64,000 bases of DNA from Candidatus Latescibacterota bacterium (GCA_965261395.1 OZ253462.1:2496001-2560000); one strand, 5' to 3'. Positions 38,642-50,189 are shown, counted from the first letter of the stretch. Notes: generated by a model not told the origin, from the sequence alone. Made by a program: numbers and translations.

Positions 38642-41050
38642 TTACTCGTATCTCAACGCATCCACTGGATTGGCCCGCGCCGCCAGCCACGTCTGGCTAC
38701 TGACGGTAGCCAGCGCGACGGCGAGAACGCCCACGCCCGCCAACACAAACCAAACCAAGCCAATGTCGATGCGATAGGCGTAGAACGCGAGCCAGCGGTT
38801 CAAGACGAAATAGGCCACAGGCCATGCAATGACATTGGCCACCACTACCAGCCAGCCGAATTCGCGCGACATCAACAGCAGCACGCTGCCAGTCGTAGCG
38901 CCCAATACCTTGCGGATGCCAATTTCCTTGGTGCGCCGCACGGCCGCTAGGGCGACCAAGCCAAAAAGCCCCATGCAAGAGATCGCAATGGCGACGGCAC
39001 TCATCCACCCCATGACAAGGCCGACGCGCTGCTCTTCCCAGTATCTCGCGGCAAAACTCTCGTCGAGGAAGTGCACGCCCCATAATTCATATTCCGGCAG
39101 ACCCCGCTTCCACAGCGCCTTTACTTCTTCGACTGCCGCGGGCAGGTCGGTGCGGTCGAGCCGGAATAGGGTGTACTTGAACTGGTCTGCCCGCACTTTG
39201 AATTTGGGCTTGGATATAAGCGCACTCGTCGTCAGAAAAGCTGGTCCTATGGTATGGCGCATATCCACGAAGTGAAAATCCTTGACTACGCCGATCACCG
39301 TTATCGGCTCGTCACCAGGGCCTGTCAAGGTGCGACCAATTAGGTCTTCAGGGCCGAAGAAGTGTGCAGCGGTCTCGTTGAGCAGGACGCCATGCGGCAG
39401 ATTGGGATCGAAGCTCTGCCCGGAGAGGACCTCAATTCCCATGACGCTTAGGAAGTTTGGACTTACGTAGAAGGGTTTGGCGCGGAGCACTTTCTCATCG
39501 GACCGGATTGGCATGGGGGAGAAGCCACCAAAGCCGGGTGCTGGCCAGGCACCAGTGACTCCTTGTAAAAGTCCCGGTCGAGAATTGATCTCGCCGGCGA
39601 GACGCTCAATCTGCAAAGGATTGAGATCGCCTCTGTGGGCAACCAGCACGACCTGGTCGCCGTCGAAGCCCAAATCCTTGGTGCGCATAAAATCGAGCTG
39701 TCGCACCATAGTGATCGTCACGACGACGAGAACGGCCGACAAGACAAACTGCACGACAATCAGACCGCGACCAAGCCAACCGCGACCCGGCTGAGGTGTC
39801 TTGCGGGACAGTGCTTGGACGGGATGGAGCCGCGCAACCACTTGGGCCGGATACAAGCCCGAGAGTACGCCGACCATCAAGGCAAGGGCTAAGGCACCTA
39901 TCCCCGTCTCGACCGACAGCCACTCGATCTGTAGCTGCTGATGCACGACCGCGTTAAACGTCGGCAGCAGGACTTCGGCGAGACCCATGCCAACGACGAT
40001 GGCGATTAGACTCACCACGATTGCTTCGGCGAGGAACTGATTGGAAAGCTGGTGGCGCGTCGCGCCGATCGCCTTGCGCATCCCAACTTCCAAGGTCCGC
40101 GTCATGGCGCGGCTCATGGCGAGGTTGACGAAGTTGATAGCAGCGATCAACAGCACGAGCGCGGCCAGCCCCGCCAGCAGATAGATATGCTTGATCGTGC
40201 CATAACCAAAGTCGGCGGGTCCCGCTATCTCAGGTCCTATGTGAGCGCCCGCAAAAGGCTGCAACTTCGGTCGGTCCCGCACGATCAGGGGCTCCAGCCG
40301 CGTTTCCACTTCGGCAGGCTCTACGCCCTCTTCGAGTTCGACAAAAAGTCCGGCTACGCCCCTGAAGTGCAGAGCCTCGGCCGTTACCGCGGGCACGAGT
40401 ACCTTTAGACGCAAAATAGAAGGCCCCGGTAGGGGTGCCAGCACACCCGCAATGGTACGCTCCACCTCGATAGGCGTCTCCTTCGGTGGTGACGTCGAGT
40501 AGTCCCGCTCGACGATGTGCAGCCGGATGCGCTCGCCCAGCATGGCGTGGGCTGGCACATCGGGGCCGAAGTACTTCTGCGCCGTCTCATGGGCGAGAAC
40601 AACGCTCTGGGGATCGTCGAGGGCCGTCGCCGCATCGCCCGCAGCCAGCGGCAAGGTGAACATGGTGAGGAAGGCCGGATCGACAGCGAGGAAGGCCTCG
40701 TCAAAGGTCGCATTACCGTACGAGACTTTGCCGTATCCCAACTTCATAGAAACCAATTCGCGGATGCCGGTGACTTTAGCTTTAGCGCGCACGTCCTCGC
40801 GCAGACGGTACCCTATCCCCGTGGAACGGTTGGGGGGGGAACCGGGGTCGGGCTCTAGAAGGTCAAGATAGATGGCAAAGATCCGGTCCCCTTTTTCGTG
40901 CCAAGCGTCAAAGGAGGTCTCGTGGCGCACGAACAGCAGGCACAGGACTGCCACGGCAAAGGCCACGGACAGGCCGACGATGTTAATCAGCGAGATCGTC
41001 TTGTTGCGCCCCAATACGCGCAGGGCAATAATCAGATTGCTCTTCCACAT
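38642..41050 (-). CDS. MacB/FtsX-type duplicated ABC permease (802 aa)
   Basis: INIVGLS, INFVNL..R..EVGMRKAIGA, KDLGFD, RTKEIGIRKVLGA, NPVDALRYE. Confidence 0.93.
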   Translation of the reverse strand: MWKSNLIIALRVLGRNKTISLINIVGLSVAFAVAVLCLLFVRHETSFDAWHEKGDRIFAIYLDLLEPDPGSPPNRSTGIGYRLREDVRAKAKVTGIRELVSMKLGYGKVSYGNATFDEAFLAVDPAFLTMFTLPLAAGDAATALDDPQSVVLAHETAQKYFGPDVPAHAMLGERIRLHIVERDYSTSPPKETPIEVERTIAGVLAPLPGPSILRLKVLVPAVTAEALHFRGVAGLFVELEEGVEPAEVETRLEPLIVRDRPKLQPFAGAHIGPEIAGPADFGYGTIKHIYLLAGLAALVLLIAAINFVNLAMSRAMTRTLEVGMRKAIGATRHQLSNQFLAEAIVVSLIAIVVGMGLAEVLLPTFNAVVHQQLQIEWLSVETGIGALALALMVGVLSGLYPAQVVARLHPVQALSRKTPQPGRGWLGRGLIVVQFVLSAVLVVVTITMVRQLDFMRTKDLGFDGDQVVLVAHRGDLNPLQIERLAGEINSRPGLLQGVTGAWPAPGFGGFSPMPIRSDEKVLRAKPFYVSPNFLSVMGIEVLSGQSFDPNLPHGVLLNETAAHFFGPEDLIGRTLTGPGDEPITVIGVVKDFHFVDMRHTIGPAFLTTSALISKPKFKVRADQFKYTLFRLDRTDLPAAVEEVKALWKRGLPEYELWGVHFLDESFAARYWEEQRVGLVMGWMSAVAIAISCMGLFGLVALAAVRRTKEIGIRKVLGATTGSVLLLMSREFGWLVVVANVIAWPVAYFVLNRWLAFYAYRIDIGLVWFVLAGVGVLAVALATVSSQTWLAARANPVDALRYE

Positions 41051-41107
41051 AGTGTGATCTCTCGCATTCTCGTTGAGTGTTTGAGGACAGTTAGATCTTC
41101 CACATGG

Positions 41108-41863
41108 TCATTCACAGCGCAGCGCTTCCACTGGATCAATCCGACTCGTCCTGATGGCATGGTAGGCGACGCTCACCCAAGCGGCGACCAACGCGGCGGC
41201 GACCGCCACGACGAACGGAGCGGCACCAACCTCGGCGCGCGCGCTGAACTGCTCCATCCACCCAGCCATGCCCAAGTAGGCGAGGAACTCGATCTGCAGG
41301 TGCGACTGCTCGGGCAGGTCGCGCAGAATCCCGGTCACCTTCAGATCGAGATAATCCTTGAAGCGGATGACTTGCCCCATGGGATCGTCGTCGCCGAACA
41401 GCTTGCGCGCCGCAGACTCGGAGAGGAGGACGGTAAAAGGCTCGTCGAGCGCAGTGGCGGCGTCGCCAGCAACCAAGGGTAGGGTGAAGACTTTCAGAAT
41501 CTCCGGGTCGGCGAAGTAAAAGGCGTCCTCGTAGAAACGCTTCTCTCCGTGGCTGACGAGCGGCACTGGGTTATCCACGTTCAGCATGCGCACTACGGCT
41601 TCTACTTCGGTCGCCTCACGCTGAAGGCTGGTGCCGAGGACAGCGGGCGTCGTCAGACGAGCAGCTTTCTCGCCCTGGGTGACGACTCGATAGATGCGCT
41701 CGCCGTGTTCGTGAAACCGGTCGGTCTCCAGTTGGCCCAGAACCCAAATGGCCATGAGCATACAGCCCGCGAGCCCAACCGCTAAGCCGCCGACATTGGT
41801 CAGCGCGTAGAACCGGTGGCGGGTCAGATGGCGGGCGGCGATGTGCAGGTAGCTCTTGAACAT
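41108..41863 (-). pseudogene. MacB-like permease with large in-frame internal deletion (251 aa)
   Basis: Normal N-terminal ~205 aa fused directly to the last TM helix and DPVEALRCE; paralogs are ~800 aa. Confidence 0.85.
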
Positions 41864-41966
41864 GATCTACTCCTAGCGGAGACATCCACGCCGCGTGGAC
41901 TCACTCTCTGAAGGTATGAGATGCTTCGACTCCGTTTATCGCGTCTAACGTCGCGGTAGAGTACTT

Positions 41967-44363
41967 CTATTCGCTCCTGAGGGTCTGAGTCGGGTTTGTC
42001 TGCACAGCTTTGCTAGTTTGCAAAACGACAGTAATTATAACGGTCAAGGCCAGAATCAGACTACCCAGCAAAAACGCCCACACATCGGAATCGATTCGAT
42101 ACGCAAAATACTGCAGCCAAGCTTGATTAGTCATATAAGCGACAGGCCAAGCAATCAGATTGGCTGCGACCAACCAGACCAGAACGGGTTTCATCAGCAA
42201 ATACACAAGACCAGGGGAAGAGGCCCCCAGCACTTTGCGAATGCCGATTTCCTTCATGCGCTGCTCAACCGAAAAAGAGGCTAGCCCCAACACACCGAGG
42301 CAAATGATCACAATAGACAGGGTGCTGAAAAAACCGATCAGACGGGAGATCCGCTCTTCTTCCCGGTAGAATTGATCGAAAACTTCGTCGAGAAAATAGT
42401 ATTGAAAGGGCTCGTTGGGCACGAACTCACGCGTCTTGGCTTCGAGAAACGCCAAGGCACCCGATATGTCTCTTGGGTCGATTCTGACCGTAAGATGTTT
42501 GATAACAAGCACGTTCTGCATATTCCACCATAAACCAATTACCAGCGGTTCAATAGAATGGTGCAAAGACTGGTAGTGAAAATCCTTGACTACACCGATA
42601 ACCTTGCTCGAAGCGGACTGACGCTGTGACCAAGTGCGTTCCAAGCGTTTACCGACCGGGTTTTTCCACCCCAAGAATTTTGCGGCCGATTCGTTAATGA
42701 TGAAGGCGTCATGTTCATCCGAGGGGAAGTCTGCTGAAAAATTGCGCCCGGCGATGAGCTCCAAACCCATAGTTTCCAGATAGGTATAACCGACATCAAT
42801 AGTATTCATACTTATCTCATCCTGTCCCTCCGGAGTAAACCAGCCCTTCATAGCCAAGACACCGGGTGATCCAAAAGTACCGGATATGTTCAAAATTCTC
42901 GGATCCTGCAAATACTCGGCAATGCTCGCTGGCTGTAAGGTCTTCGCGGGAATTACGACCACCTGTTCCCGATCAAACCCCAAATCCTGACTTCTCATAA
43001 ATGCCAATTGATTATGCAATGCAAGCGTGGTGATAAGGAGAACGATGGAGAGCACGAATTGGAAAATAACCAGCGTTTTTCTCAGCAAACCTACCGTGGT
43101 TCCACTTTGGGTGTGCCCCCCCAAGGTGTCCGAGGGGTTGAACTTGGCCAAGAAAAAGGCGGGATACAAACCAGATATCAGACTAATGCACGCGATAGCA
43201 GCCAAGAGCCAGAGGCCATAGTCTATCGCAATACGAAAAGCATCTATCTCTACATCCTGCCCAAGAAATCCGCTCAAATAAGGCCATGAACCCGTTACTA
43301 GCACCAGACTGATCAGAAACGCAAAGAGCGTCAAAAGAAGCGTTTCACCCAAGAACTGCTGAACCAGTTGTGATTGCACACCGCCCAGCGCTTTCCGCAG
43401 CCCCACTTCTTTCGCTCGTTGGGTAAACCGAAAGGTTGAAAAATTGACATAATTGATGCACACAATGAGCAAAATGACTAGTGCAATGCCCAGCAAAAGA
43501 TACAGGTACCGGACATCTCGGTTGGGACTTAGTTCATCCTTGAAATGGGAATGGAGGTGGATGTCTTGTAAAGGTTGTAGAAAAAGTTGCCTCCTCAGTT
43601 TTTCTAAGTGGTATTTGTGTCGTTCCAAAAACTCGGAAAATTTGTTCTCCAAAGCTTCCGGCGAGGCGTTTTCGGCCAGCCGAATGTAGGTGTAGTGCCA
43701 AGCATCATTTATGTTCCTGCGGAGTTTGAATTCCTTTATCGACGCGACAAAATCAAATTTGAAGTGTGTGTTAGACGGAAGATCCTGGACCACGCCCGTA
43801 ACTAGGTATTCGCGTGTACTATTCTGACCTATTCCGATGTGCAGGGTTTTACCCATAGGACTATCGCTCCCGAAGTACTTCGAGGCGGTCTGTTCCGTCA
43901 ACACAATGGAATAGGGGGCCTCCAGCACAGTTTGTGCATCGCCTTCCTTCAGGGGGAAGGAGAAAAAATCAAAAAATATCGGGTCTGCAAAATAAACCTG
44001 ATCCTCCAAGAAGTGTTTATCCTGATAGTGAACGGACATGACAGACTGACCGTGGTAGCCGCGACAGACGCGTACAATAGCTTCGATTTCTGGAAAATCA
44101 CTTTTCAATAAAGGGGCCATGGAGTGCCCAATCGAAGCACGACCATGTCGGGTGCCCGTCTGTTTTTCGATTATATCCTCTCTAACCCGATACAGACGCT
44201 CCGCGTTTTCGTGGAAGGCATCGTAGCTCATCTCATGTGCAATAAAGACAAACACGATAATAAAACAGGCAAAACCTATCGAGAGTCCCAACACACTGAT
44301 AGACGAGTGCATTTTGTATCGAAATAGGCTTCGCAGCACCAACGTCAAATAACTTCGCAGCAT
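41967..44363 (-). CDS. MacB/FtsX-type duplicated ABC permease (visibly AT-richer than neighbours)
   Basis: MLRSYL start with SD AAGGAG; LQPLQDIHL, INYVNF..RAKEVGLRK, KEIGIRKVLGA, NPTQTLRSE. Confidence 0.92.
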   Translation of the reverse strand: MLRSYLTLVLRSLFRYKMHSSISVLGLSIGFACFIIVFVFIAHEMSYDAFHENAERLYRVREDIIEKQTGTRHGRASIGHSMAPLLKSDFPEIEAIVRVCRGYHGQSVMSVHYQDKHFLEDQVYFADPIFFDFFSFPLKEGDAQTVLEAPYSIVLTEQTASKYFGSDSPMGKTLHIGIGQNSTREYLVTGVVQDLPSNTHFKFDFVASIKEFKLRRNINDAWHYTYIRLAENASPEALENKFSEFLERHKYHLEKLRRQLFLQPLQDIHLHSHFKDELSPNRDVRYLYLLLGIALVILLIVCINYVNFSTFRFTQRAKEVGLRKALGGVQSQLVQQFLGETLLLTLFAFLISLVLVTGSWPYLSGFLGQDVEIDAFRIAIDYGLWLLAAIACISLISGLYPAFFLAKFNPSDTLGGHTQSGTTVGLLRKTLVIFQFVLSIVLLITTLALHNQLAFMRSQDLGFDREQVVVIPAKTLQPASIAEYLQDPRILNISGTFGSPGVLAMKGWFTPEGQDEISMNTIDVGYTYLETMGLELIAGRNFSADFPSDEHDAFIINESAAKFLGWKNPVGKRLERTWSQRQSASSKVIGVVKDFHYQSLHHSIEPLVIGLWWNMQNVLVIKHLTVRIDPRDISGALAFLEAKTREFVPNEPFQYYFLDEVFDQFYREEERISRLIGFFSTLSIVIICLGVLGLASFSVEQRMKEIGIRKVLGASSPGLVYLLMKPVLVWLVAANLIAWPVAYMTNQAWLQYFAYRIDSDVWAFLLGSLILALTVIITVVLQTSKAVQTNPTQTLRSE

Positions 44364-44543
44364 TTTCAGCTCCTTATAATATTCTCTTAGGTATGTTAGG
44401 GTTGGGTCGTTGAACAAAACTTTGCATGGTTGAACAATTTTCGTCGTCATGCCCGCGATTGTGAAGCGACGAGAATTTCAAGAACGCTTCTGAGCATGGT
44501 TAGTACCTTTCTTCCCGCTTTAAACGACTTGTAGGGAATCCCT

Positions 44544-47018
44544 CTACTCATATCGCAGCGCTTCTACGGGATTTGTCTTAGCGGCCTTGTATGCCTGATG
44601 ACCAGAACTGATCAAAACCGCGACGAGCGCAATCGCAGCGCCAGCGACAAAATGCCACGCCGACAGGTCGATGCGGAAGGCGAAGCCGTTCAGCCAGTCG
44701 CGCATCCACCACCAAGACAGAGGCCACGCTACGAGCGCACCAATCAGGGCGAGACAGGCAAACTCGCGGGTTATCAGCGTGGTGAGGCCGAAGACGCTGG
44801 CACCGAAAGCCTTGCGGATGCCGATCTCCTTGGTGCGGCGACCGGCGGCGAGAGCGGTGAGCGCAAAGGCACCAAGGGCGGAGATAAACACCGCGCCGAC
44901 CGCAGCCCACGTGATGAGCCGACGCCAGCGCAACTCGTCGCGGTAGGCCGCCTCCAGATCCTGCTGCAGGAAGGAGAAATCGAAGTCCGCGTAATCGACG
45001 ATGCTGCTCCACGTCTCTTCCATGTACTGAATGACCTCTTGCAAGTCTCCCGGCTTCACGCGCACAAACATGAGCTCCCCTTCGCCAGGTAAGCTGGGCT
45101 CGAGCGTCAGCAAGCCCGGCGGTCTCTCTTCGTAACCCGATTCAAAGGTGAAGTCCTTGACCACGCCGACGATGCGGAACGGGCCTCGGGACTTGAGTTG
45201 TCCCGAACCCGACATTCGCACGATCTCGATCATCTCACCAATGGGGTCGGTAAATCCCAAGCGCGAGGCTACGCTCTCGGCGATCACCACGACATCCCTC
45301 TTGTCCCCCTCGGCTTGCGAGAAGTCCCGGCCACTAATCACCTCCAAGCCCATAGTCTGAACGAAGTTGTGGTCTATTTCGTAAAGGCGGATCGCCGTCT
45401 CCCGACCACTCTGGGTCACGGCTCGGTAGTCCATTTTGAACACATAAGGATTTTGTAAGAAATCTTCATCTGATAGGGTGATCGAAGCGATGCGATGATG
45501 CTCCAGAAAGGGCCTCACAAGTCTGGCTTGATCGCGATTGTTGGCAGCGTCTGAGTGCACGGCGATGACGCGCTCCTCGTCGAGCCCCAAGTCGCGGGCC
45601 ATGACATACTCTAGCTGGTGATACATGATCAGCGTGCAAGTGATCAATCCCGCGGAAATGGCCAACTGCACACCCACGAGCACGCGGCTAAACCGAGTGA
45701 CCCCAGTCATAGACACACTGCGCCGAATCGCACTCAAAGGCTCCAAACGGGAGAGCACGAGCGCCGGATACCAACCAGCTCCCAAGCTGACCAGCAGCAG
45801 CAATACCCCCAATGCACCCAGCATACTCGGCTCGCTTAGACCAAGCGACAGCTCCTGCGAGAAGGTCGCGTTGAACACCGGCAGTAGCAGCGCCGCCAAG
45901 GCACACCCAGCACCCAACCCGACAACAGACAGCACCACCGCCTCGCCGATGAACTGACGCATCAACTGTCCTCGTCCAGCGCCCGCCGCCTTGCGCACAC
46001 CAACCTCCGCTGCCCGCAGCGAGGCCCGACCAATGGCCAGATTGACGAAGTTGATGCACCCCATAAACAGGACCGCCAAGGCGATACTGACGAGTACGTA
46101 CGAGACGTACGGATCTCTCGGCTCCATCACCCCATGCCCGACCCACTGCGTCAGGCCGGTATCCGAACGCAGGTCGGTTAGCGGTTGTAACCGATACGGA
46201 GAAAAATCCTCTGGGAGGTTTTTTGGAACTTTATCTCCCCAGAGTTGGAGCAGGATCTGCGTGAGTTGCGCGAAGGCCGGTGCCAAGTCAGTCGGATCTG
46301 CCCCAGGCTTGAGGAGGACGTAGGCATTGCACGTGCCTTCCCACGCATCCGGGGAATCGCGGAAGAGGAACTTCGTGTTGTCGAACGGCAGCAGCATGTT
46401 GAACTGAACTGACGACGTGCGCGGAATCGGCGCGGCCACGCCGGTGATAGTGAAGTCTTCGGTCCTACTCCTGCTCCACATCGAGGCGATCGTCAGGCTC
46501 TGCCCCAGCGGATCGGCGTCGCCGAACAGGCGTTGAGCCATCTCGTAGCTCAGCACGACGGAGTTGCGCTCGGCCAGCGCCGTGGCCGCGTCCCCTAGCA
46601 GAAGCGGGAAGTCAAAGACCTCGAAAAACACAGGATCGACGAGGAGGAATTCCTCGTCGGACGAACTGCCTTCAAAGGTCGTCCGCACAACGCGGTCTAC
46701 TTCTTCACCCCCTCTTGCCGCGCTGAGGCGTACCGTGCGCTCCACGTGGGGAGAGAGAGTCCCCAACTCGAGCGCAAAAGCAAAGTCAATCACGTCGGCC
46801 TCGCGCACCGACTTCTCCAGATCCATGACCTCGTAGTAAACGCGATGGATCCGGTCCGCTTTGCTGTGGAAGCGATCAAACGACCACTCCTGAGAGGCAA
46901 AGCGCCAAGCCAGCAGGCAAAACGCCATGCCCAAGCCCAACCCGGCGAGATTGATGATTGTGTGCAGACGGTGGCGCATCAGATTGCGCCAAGCGATGAT
47001 CAGGTTATTGCGTAGCAT
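44544..47018 (-). CDS. MacB/FtsX-type duplicated ABC permease (824 aa)
   Basis: INFVNL..RAAEVGVRK, RTKEIGIRKAFGA, NPVEALRYE. Confidence 0.93.
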   Translation of the reverse strand: MLRNNLIIAWRNLMRHRLHTIINLAGLGLGMAFCLLAWRFASQEWSFDRFHSKADRIHRVYYEVMDLEKSVREADVIDFAFALELGTLSPHVERTVRLSAARGGEEVDRVVRTTFEGSSSDEEFLLVDPVFFEVFDFPLLLGDAATALAERNSVVLSYEMAQRLFGDADPLGQSLTIASMWSRSRTEDFTITGVAAPIPRTSSVQFNMLLPFDNTKFLFRDSPDAWEGTCNAYVLLKPGADPTDLAPAFAQLTQILLQLWGDKVPKNLPEDFSPYRLQPLTDLRSDTGLTQWVGHGVMEPRDPYVSYVLVSIALAVLFMGCINFVNLAIGRASLRAAEVGVRKAAGAGRGQLMRQFIGEAVVLSVVGLGAGCALAALLLPVFNATFSQELSLGLSEPSMLGALGVLLLLVSLGAGWYPALVLSRLEPLSAIRRSVSMTGVTRFSRVLVGVQLAISAGLITCTLIMYHQLEYVMARDLGLDEERVIAVHSDAANNRDQARLVRPFLEHHRIASITLSDEDFLQNPYVFKMDYRAVTQSGRETAIRLYEIDHNFVQTMGLEVISGRDFSQAEGDKRDVVVIAESVASRLGFTDPIGEMIEIVRMSGSGQLKSRGPFRIVGVVKDFTFESGYEERPPGLLTLEPSLPGEGELMFVRVKPGDLQEVIQYMEETWSSIVDYADFDFSFLQQDLEAAYRDELRWRRLITWAAVGAVFISALGAFALTALAAGRRTKEIGIRKAFGASVFGLTTLITREFACLALIGALVAWPLSWWWMRDWLNGFAFRIDLSAWHFVAGAAIALVAVLISSGHQAYKAAKTNPVEALRYE

Positions 47019-47056
47019 GGTTAGTACCTTCCCTCTTGGTTAGTACTTTCCCTCTT
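47019..47056. repeat. 19-bp tandem duplication at the ATPase/permease junction
   Basis: GGTTAGTACCTTCCCTCTT-GGTTAGTACTTTCCCTCTT. Confidence 0.85.
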
Positions 47057-47714
47057 GCTCTATCTTGCCGTCCAACAGATGCACCACCCGGCTACCGTAG
47101 CCAGCGTTTTTCTCCGAGTGCGTCACCTGCACAATCGTCGTGCCCTCGCCGTTCAGCTCCCGCAGCATGTCCATCACCTCTTCTCCCTGCTTGGAGTTGA
47201 GGTTGCCCGTAGGCTCGTCGGCGAGAATCAGCGTCGGCTGGCCGATCAGGGCGCGCGCCACGCCGACGCGCTGCTGCTCGCCGCCGGAAAGCTGGTGCGG
47301 GAACAGGTCCTTTTTGGCCACCATCTGGAAGCGGTCGAGCAACTCGCTCACCCACGCCTTGCGCTCGGAGCCTTTCACTTTTTGGTAGAGCAGCGGCATC
47401 TCCAGATTCTCGTACACTGTCTGCTCGTCGATCAGGTGATAGGCTTGAAACACAAAACCAATGTGCCCCCGATGGATCTCGGTGCGTTCCTTCTCCCCCA
47501 TTCCGCCCACCTCTTCGCCGAGAAAGTGATACGACCCAGCCGTCGGCTCATCGAGCATCCCCATGATGTGCAAAAGCGTCGATTTGCCAGCGCCGCTCGG
47601 CCCCATAATCGACACGAACTCGCCCTCGGCGACGTTCAGGTTTACGTAGCGCAGCACGTAGGTCTTGCGAGGACCGGATTGGTGGTACTTTTCGATGTCA
47701 TGCATTTCGATCAT
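47040..47714 (-). CDS. ABC ATP-binding protein (MacB/LolD-like)
   Basis: [26 protein letters not shown]. Confidence 0.95.
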   Translation of the reverse strand: MIEMHDIEKYHQSGPRKTYVLRYVNLNVAEGEFVSIMGPSGAGKSTLLHIMGMLDEPTAGSYHFLGEEVGGMGEKERTEIHRGHIGFVFQAYHLIDEQTVYENLEMPLLYQKVKGSERKAWVSELLDRFQMVAKKDLFPHQLSGGEQQRVGVARALIGQPTLILADEPTGNLNSKQGEEVMDMLRELNGEGTTIVQVTHSEKNAGYGSRVVHLLDGKIEQEGKY

Positions 47715-47734
47715 GATGTGCCTCCACGTCTTGG

Positions 47735-50113
47735 TTATTCAGTGCGCAGCGTTTCTATCGGATTGGTCAGGGCCGCTCGCATCGCTTGGTGACCCACCGT
47801 CAGCCCGGCGATGACAAAGGACAAGGCACCCGACAGCAGGAACAGGCCCACGCCGATTTCCACGCGATAGACAAACCCTTGTAGCCAGTGGGTGGCCAAG
47901 CCGTAGGCGATCGGCACGCTGAGGAGGAAGGCGATGGCAACGGGTTTGGCGAAGTCCCGCATCAGCATAGCGGTGAGGCCGCTTGGAGAGGCACCGAACA
48001 CCTTGCGGATGCCGATCTCTTTCGTGCGCTCATTGGCGGCGTACGCCGCCATGCCGAAGAGTCCCACCGAGGCGACGGCGATGGCTAAAAAGAGAAAGAC
48101 CGTGAGCGCGCGGCCCATCAGCAGTTCCTTGGAGTAGAGTCGGGCAAAGACCTCTTTGAGGGAGTCGCGCTGGATGGGGCGGTAGGGCGCGGCGGCGGCC
48201 CACTTGTCGTCAATCACTTTGAGGGCCGCGTCGAGATGCCCGGGTTGCACCCGCACGATAATGACGCTTGCCCAGTCATCGACCTGCGCCATGAGGAATG
48301 GCTCTATCTTGCTGTGTGGTCCGTCGAAGTGGAAGTCCTCAACCACGCCCACGACACGCCACTCTTTATGGACTTTGATTGTCTTGCCCAGCGGCTCTGC
48401 CCACCCCATCCTCTTCGCGGCGGTCTCGTTGATGACAATCGCTCGGGCGTCGGCCGGTTCGTCGGTCAGGGCGCGTCCTTGGGCCATGCGCAATCCCATG
48501 GTTTCGACGAAGCCGCCATCTACTCCATACATACGCATATATATGTGCTCTTCCACTCCCTCCGCCTCGATGCCGTAATTTGTCTGCGGGCCGCCAAATA
48601 TTGTCGAAGAGAGGCTCACTGCGGCGATCCGGCTGTCCTGAAGAAGCTCTGTCTTAAAGGCTCGAGCCTGATCCACGGTCAGACCGCGGTTCTCGACGAC
48701 GACAACCTGTTCCGGATCGAATTCCAGAGCGGAGCCCTCGCGGCGGAGGCTTTGGATGTAATCAATCTGGTGCCACATCAGGAGTGTCATCGTCAGCAAC
48801 GCCGCCGTGACCGTGAACTGCGCCACCACCAAGCCTTGGCGCAGATGCGCCCCGCCCACGCGACCTCCGCGCACGGCGGCCGTCGGCTGAAAGCGCGCCA
48901 CGACCCAAGCCGGGTACGCGCCCGCGATCAGTCCGACCCCCACCGCCAAGGCCGCGGCCCCAGCGTAGGTGGAGATCGTCCAGTGCAACTGAGGCAACGC
49001 GAAATCGGATCCCGTAATGACGGGCAGGAGCAGAATCAAAACCTCTGTTAAGGCAACGCCCAGCACCGTCGCCGCAGTGCTCAACAGCACCGACTCGCTG
49101 AGGAGTTGGCGAATGAGCTGACCGCGATGAGCGCCGAGGGCTTTGCGCACGCCGATCTCGTGCATCCGCCGCCCCGCCCGCGCCGTCGCCAAGTTCACGT
49201 AGTTGACGACGGCGATCGTCAGGACTACTGCCGCCAAGATGGCGGACAGTGCCAGGTACACGGGGTTGCCCTTCGGGCCGATGTTGTTGGACGCCTCCGT
49301 GTCGAAATAGATCGCTTTCAGGGATTGCAGTGCGTAGGAGTCGGCCGCTTTGGGCCTCCCGCTGATCGTCTCGGCGATTCTGGGGATGCGCGCAGCTACC
49401 GCAGCTACGTCGGCACCGGGCGTTAGCTGCACGAAGGTCGTGAAGCCCCTATTAGTCCCTCTCCCCATAAGTTCCCGGCTCTCTTCGTACATCGTGGCGA
49501 AGGAGACTAGTGCCGAGAACTGGAGCAATGAACTGGAGGGCGGTTGGCCAACGATACCGGTAATCTCGCAATCGAAGTCTTCGTTGTAGCGGACGACCTG
49601 TCCGATGGGATCGCTCTCGCCAAAGAGCCGACGGGCCAACGGCTCGGTCAGCACCATAGTGTAGGGGCGCGCCAAGGCCGCCTTCGGGTCGCCGCGCAAG
49701 AGCGACAAGCTGAACACATCTAAGACACCAGCTTCCACCCAAATAACCTCTTCATCTATTCCGTCTTTAGCCCCGACCCGAAGCAGATTCCGCCTACCCC
49801 CCGTAAAGCGGACTGCCTCCTCGACCTCGGGCAATTGCTCTTTAAGGGTCGGCCCCAGCGCCACCATTACTCCGGCCGTGTAGTACTCTGGGTTCGGGGC
49901 ATCCCAGCCGGGGGGGAACTGGTCGCGGACCAGCACGCGGTAAACCCGGTCCTTTTTTTCGTGAAAGTCGCCAACAGAGAGCTGATAGGCGGCGAACTGG
50001 ACGATCAGTAAGCACAAGGCAAAGCCAATGGCCAAACCGAAGATGTTGATCGCCGCGTAGCCGCGCTCCCTCCACAAGAGGCGCAGCGCCGTCGTCAGAT
50101 AATTGCCCAGCAT
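47735..50113 (-). CDS. MacB/FtsX-type duplicated ABC permease (792 aa)
   Basis: Family motifs; close paralog of 50190-52583. Confidence 0.93.
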   Translation of the reverse strand: MLGNYLTTALRLLWRERGYAAINIFGLAIGFALCLLIVQFAAYQLSVGDFHEKKDRVYRVLVRDQFPPGWDAPNPEYYTAGVMVALGPTLKEQLPEVEEAVRFTGGRRNLLRVGAKDGIDEEVIWVEAGVLDVFSLSLLRGDPKAALARPYTMVLTEPLARRLFGESDPIGQVVRYNEDFDCEITGIVGQPPSSSLLQFSALVSFATMYEESRELMGRGTNRGFTTFVQLTPGADVAAVAARIPRIAETISGRPKAADSYALQSLKAIYFDTEASNNIGPKGNPVYLALSAILAAVVLTIAVVNYVNLATARAGRRMHEIGVRKALGAHRGQLIRQLLSESVLLSTAATVLGVALTEVLILLLPVITGSDFALPQLHWTISTYAGAAALAVGVGLIAGAYPAWVVARFQPTAAVRGGRVGGAHLRQGLVVAQFTVTAALLTMTLLMWHQIDYIQSLRREGSALEFDPEQVVVVENRGLTVDQARAFKTELLQDSRIAAVSLSSTIFGGPQTNYGIEAEGVEEHIYMRMYGVDGGFVETMGLRMAQGRALTDEPADARAIVINETAAKRMGWAEPLGKTIKVHKEWRVVGVVEDFHFDGPHSKIEPFLMAQVDDWASVIIVRVQPGHLDAALKVIDDKWAAAAPYRPIQRDSLKEVFARLYSKELLMGRALTVFLFLAIAVASVGLFGMAAYAANERTKEIGIRKVFGASPSGLTAMLMRDFAKPVAIAFLLSVPIAYGLATHWLQGFVYRVEIGVGLFLLSGALSFVIAGLTVGHQAMRAALTNPIETLRTE

Positions 50114-50189
50114 AATAGTTCCTTTCGCGTCGTAGGAAGGATCTTCTCAATCTCGTGCATCTCGATTGTGATGCGCTTCCGCGTCTTGG

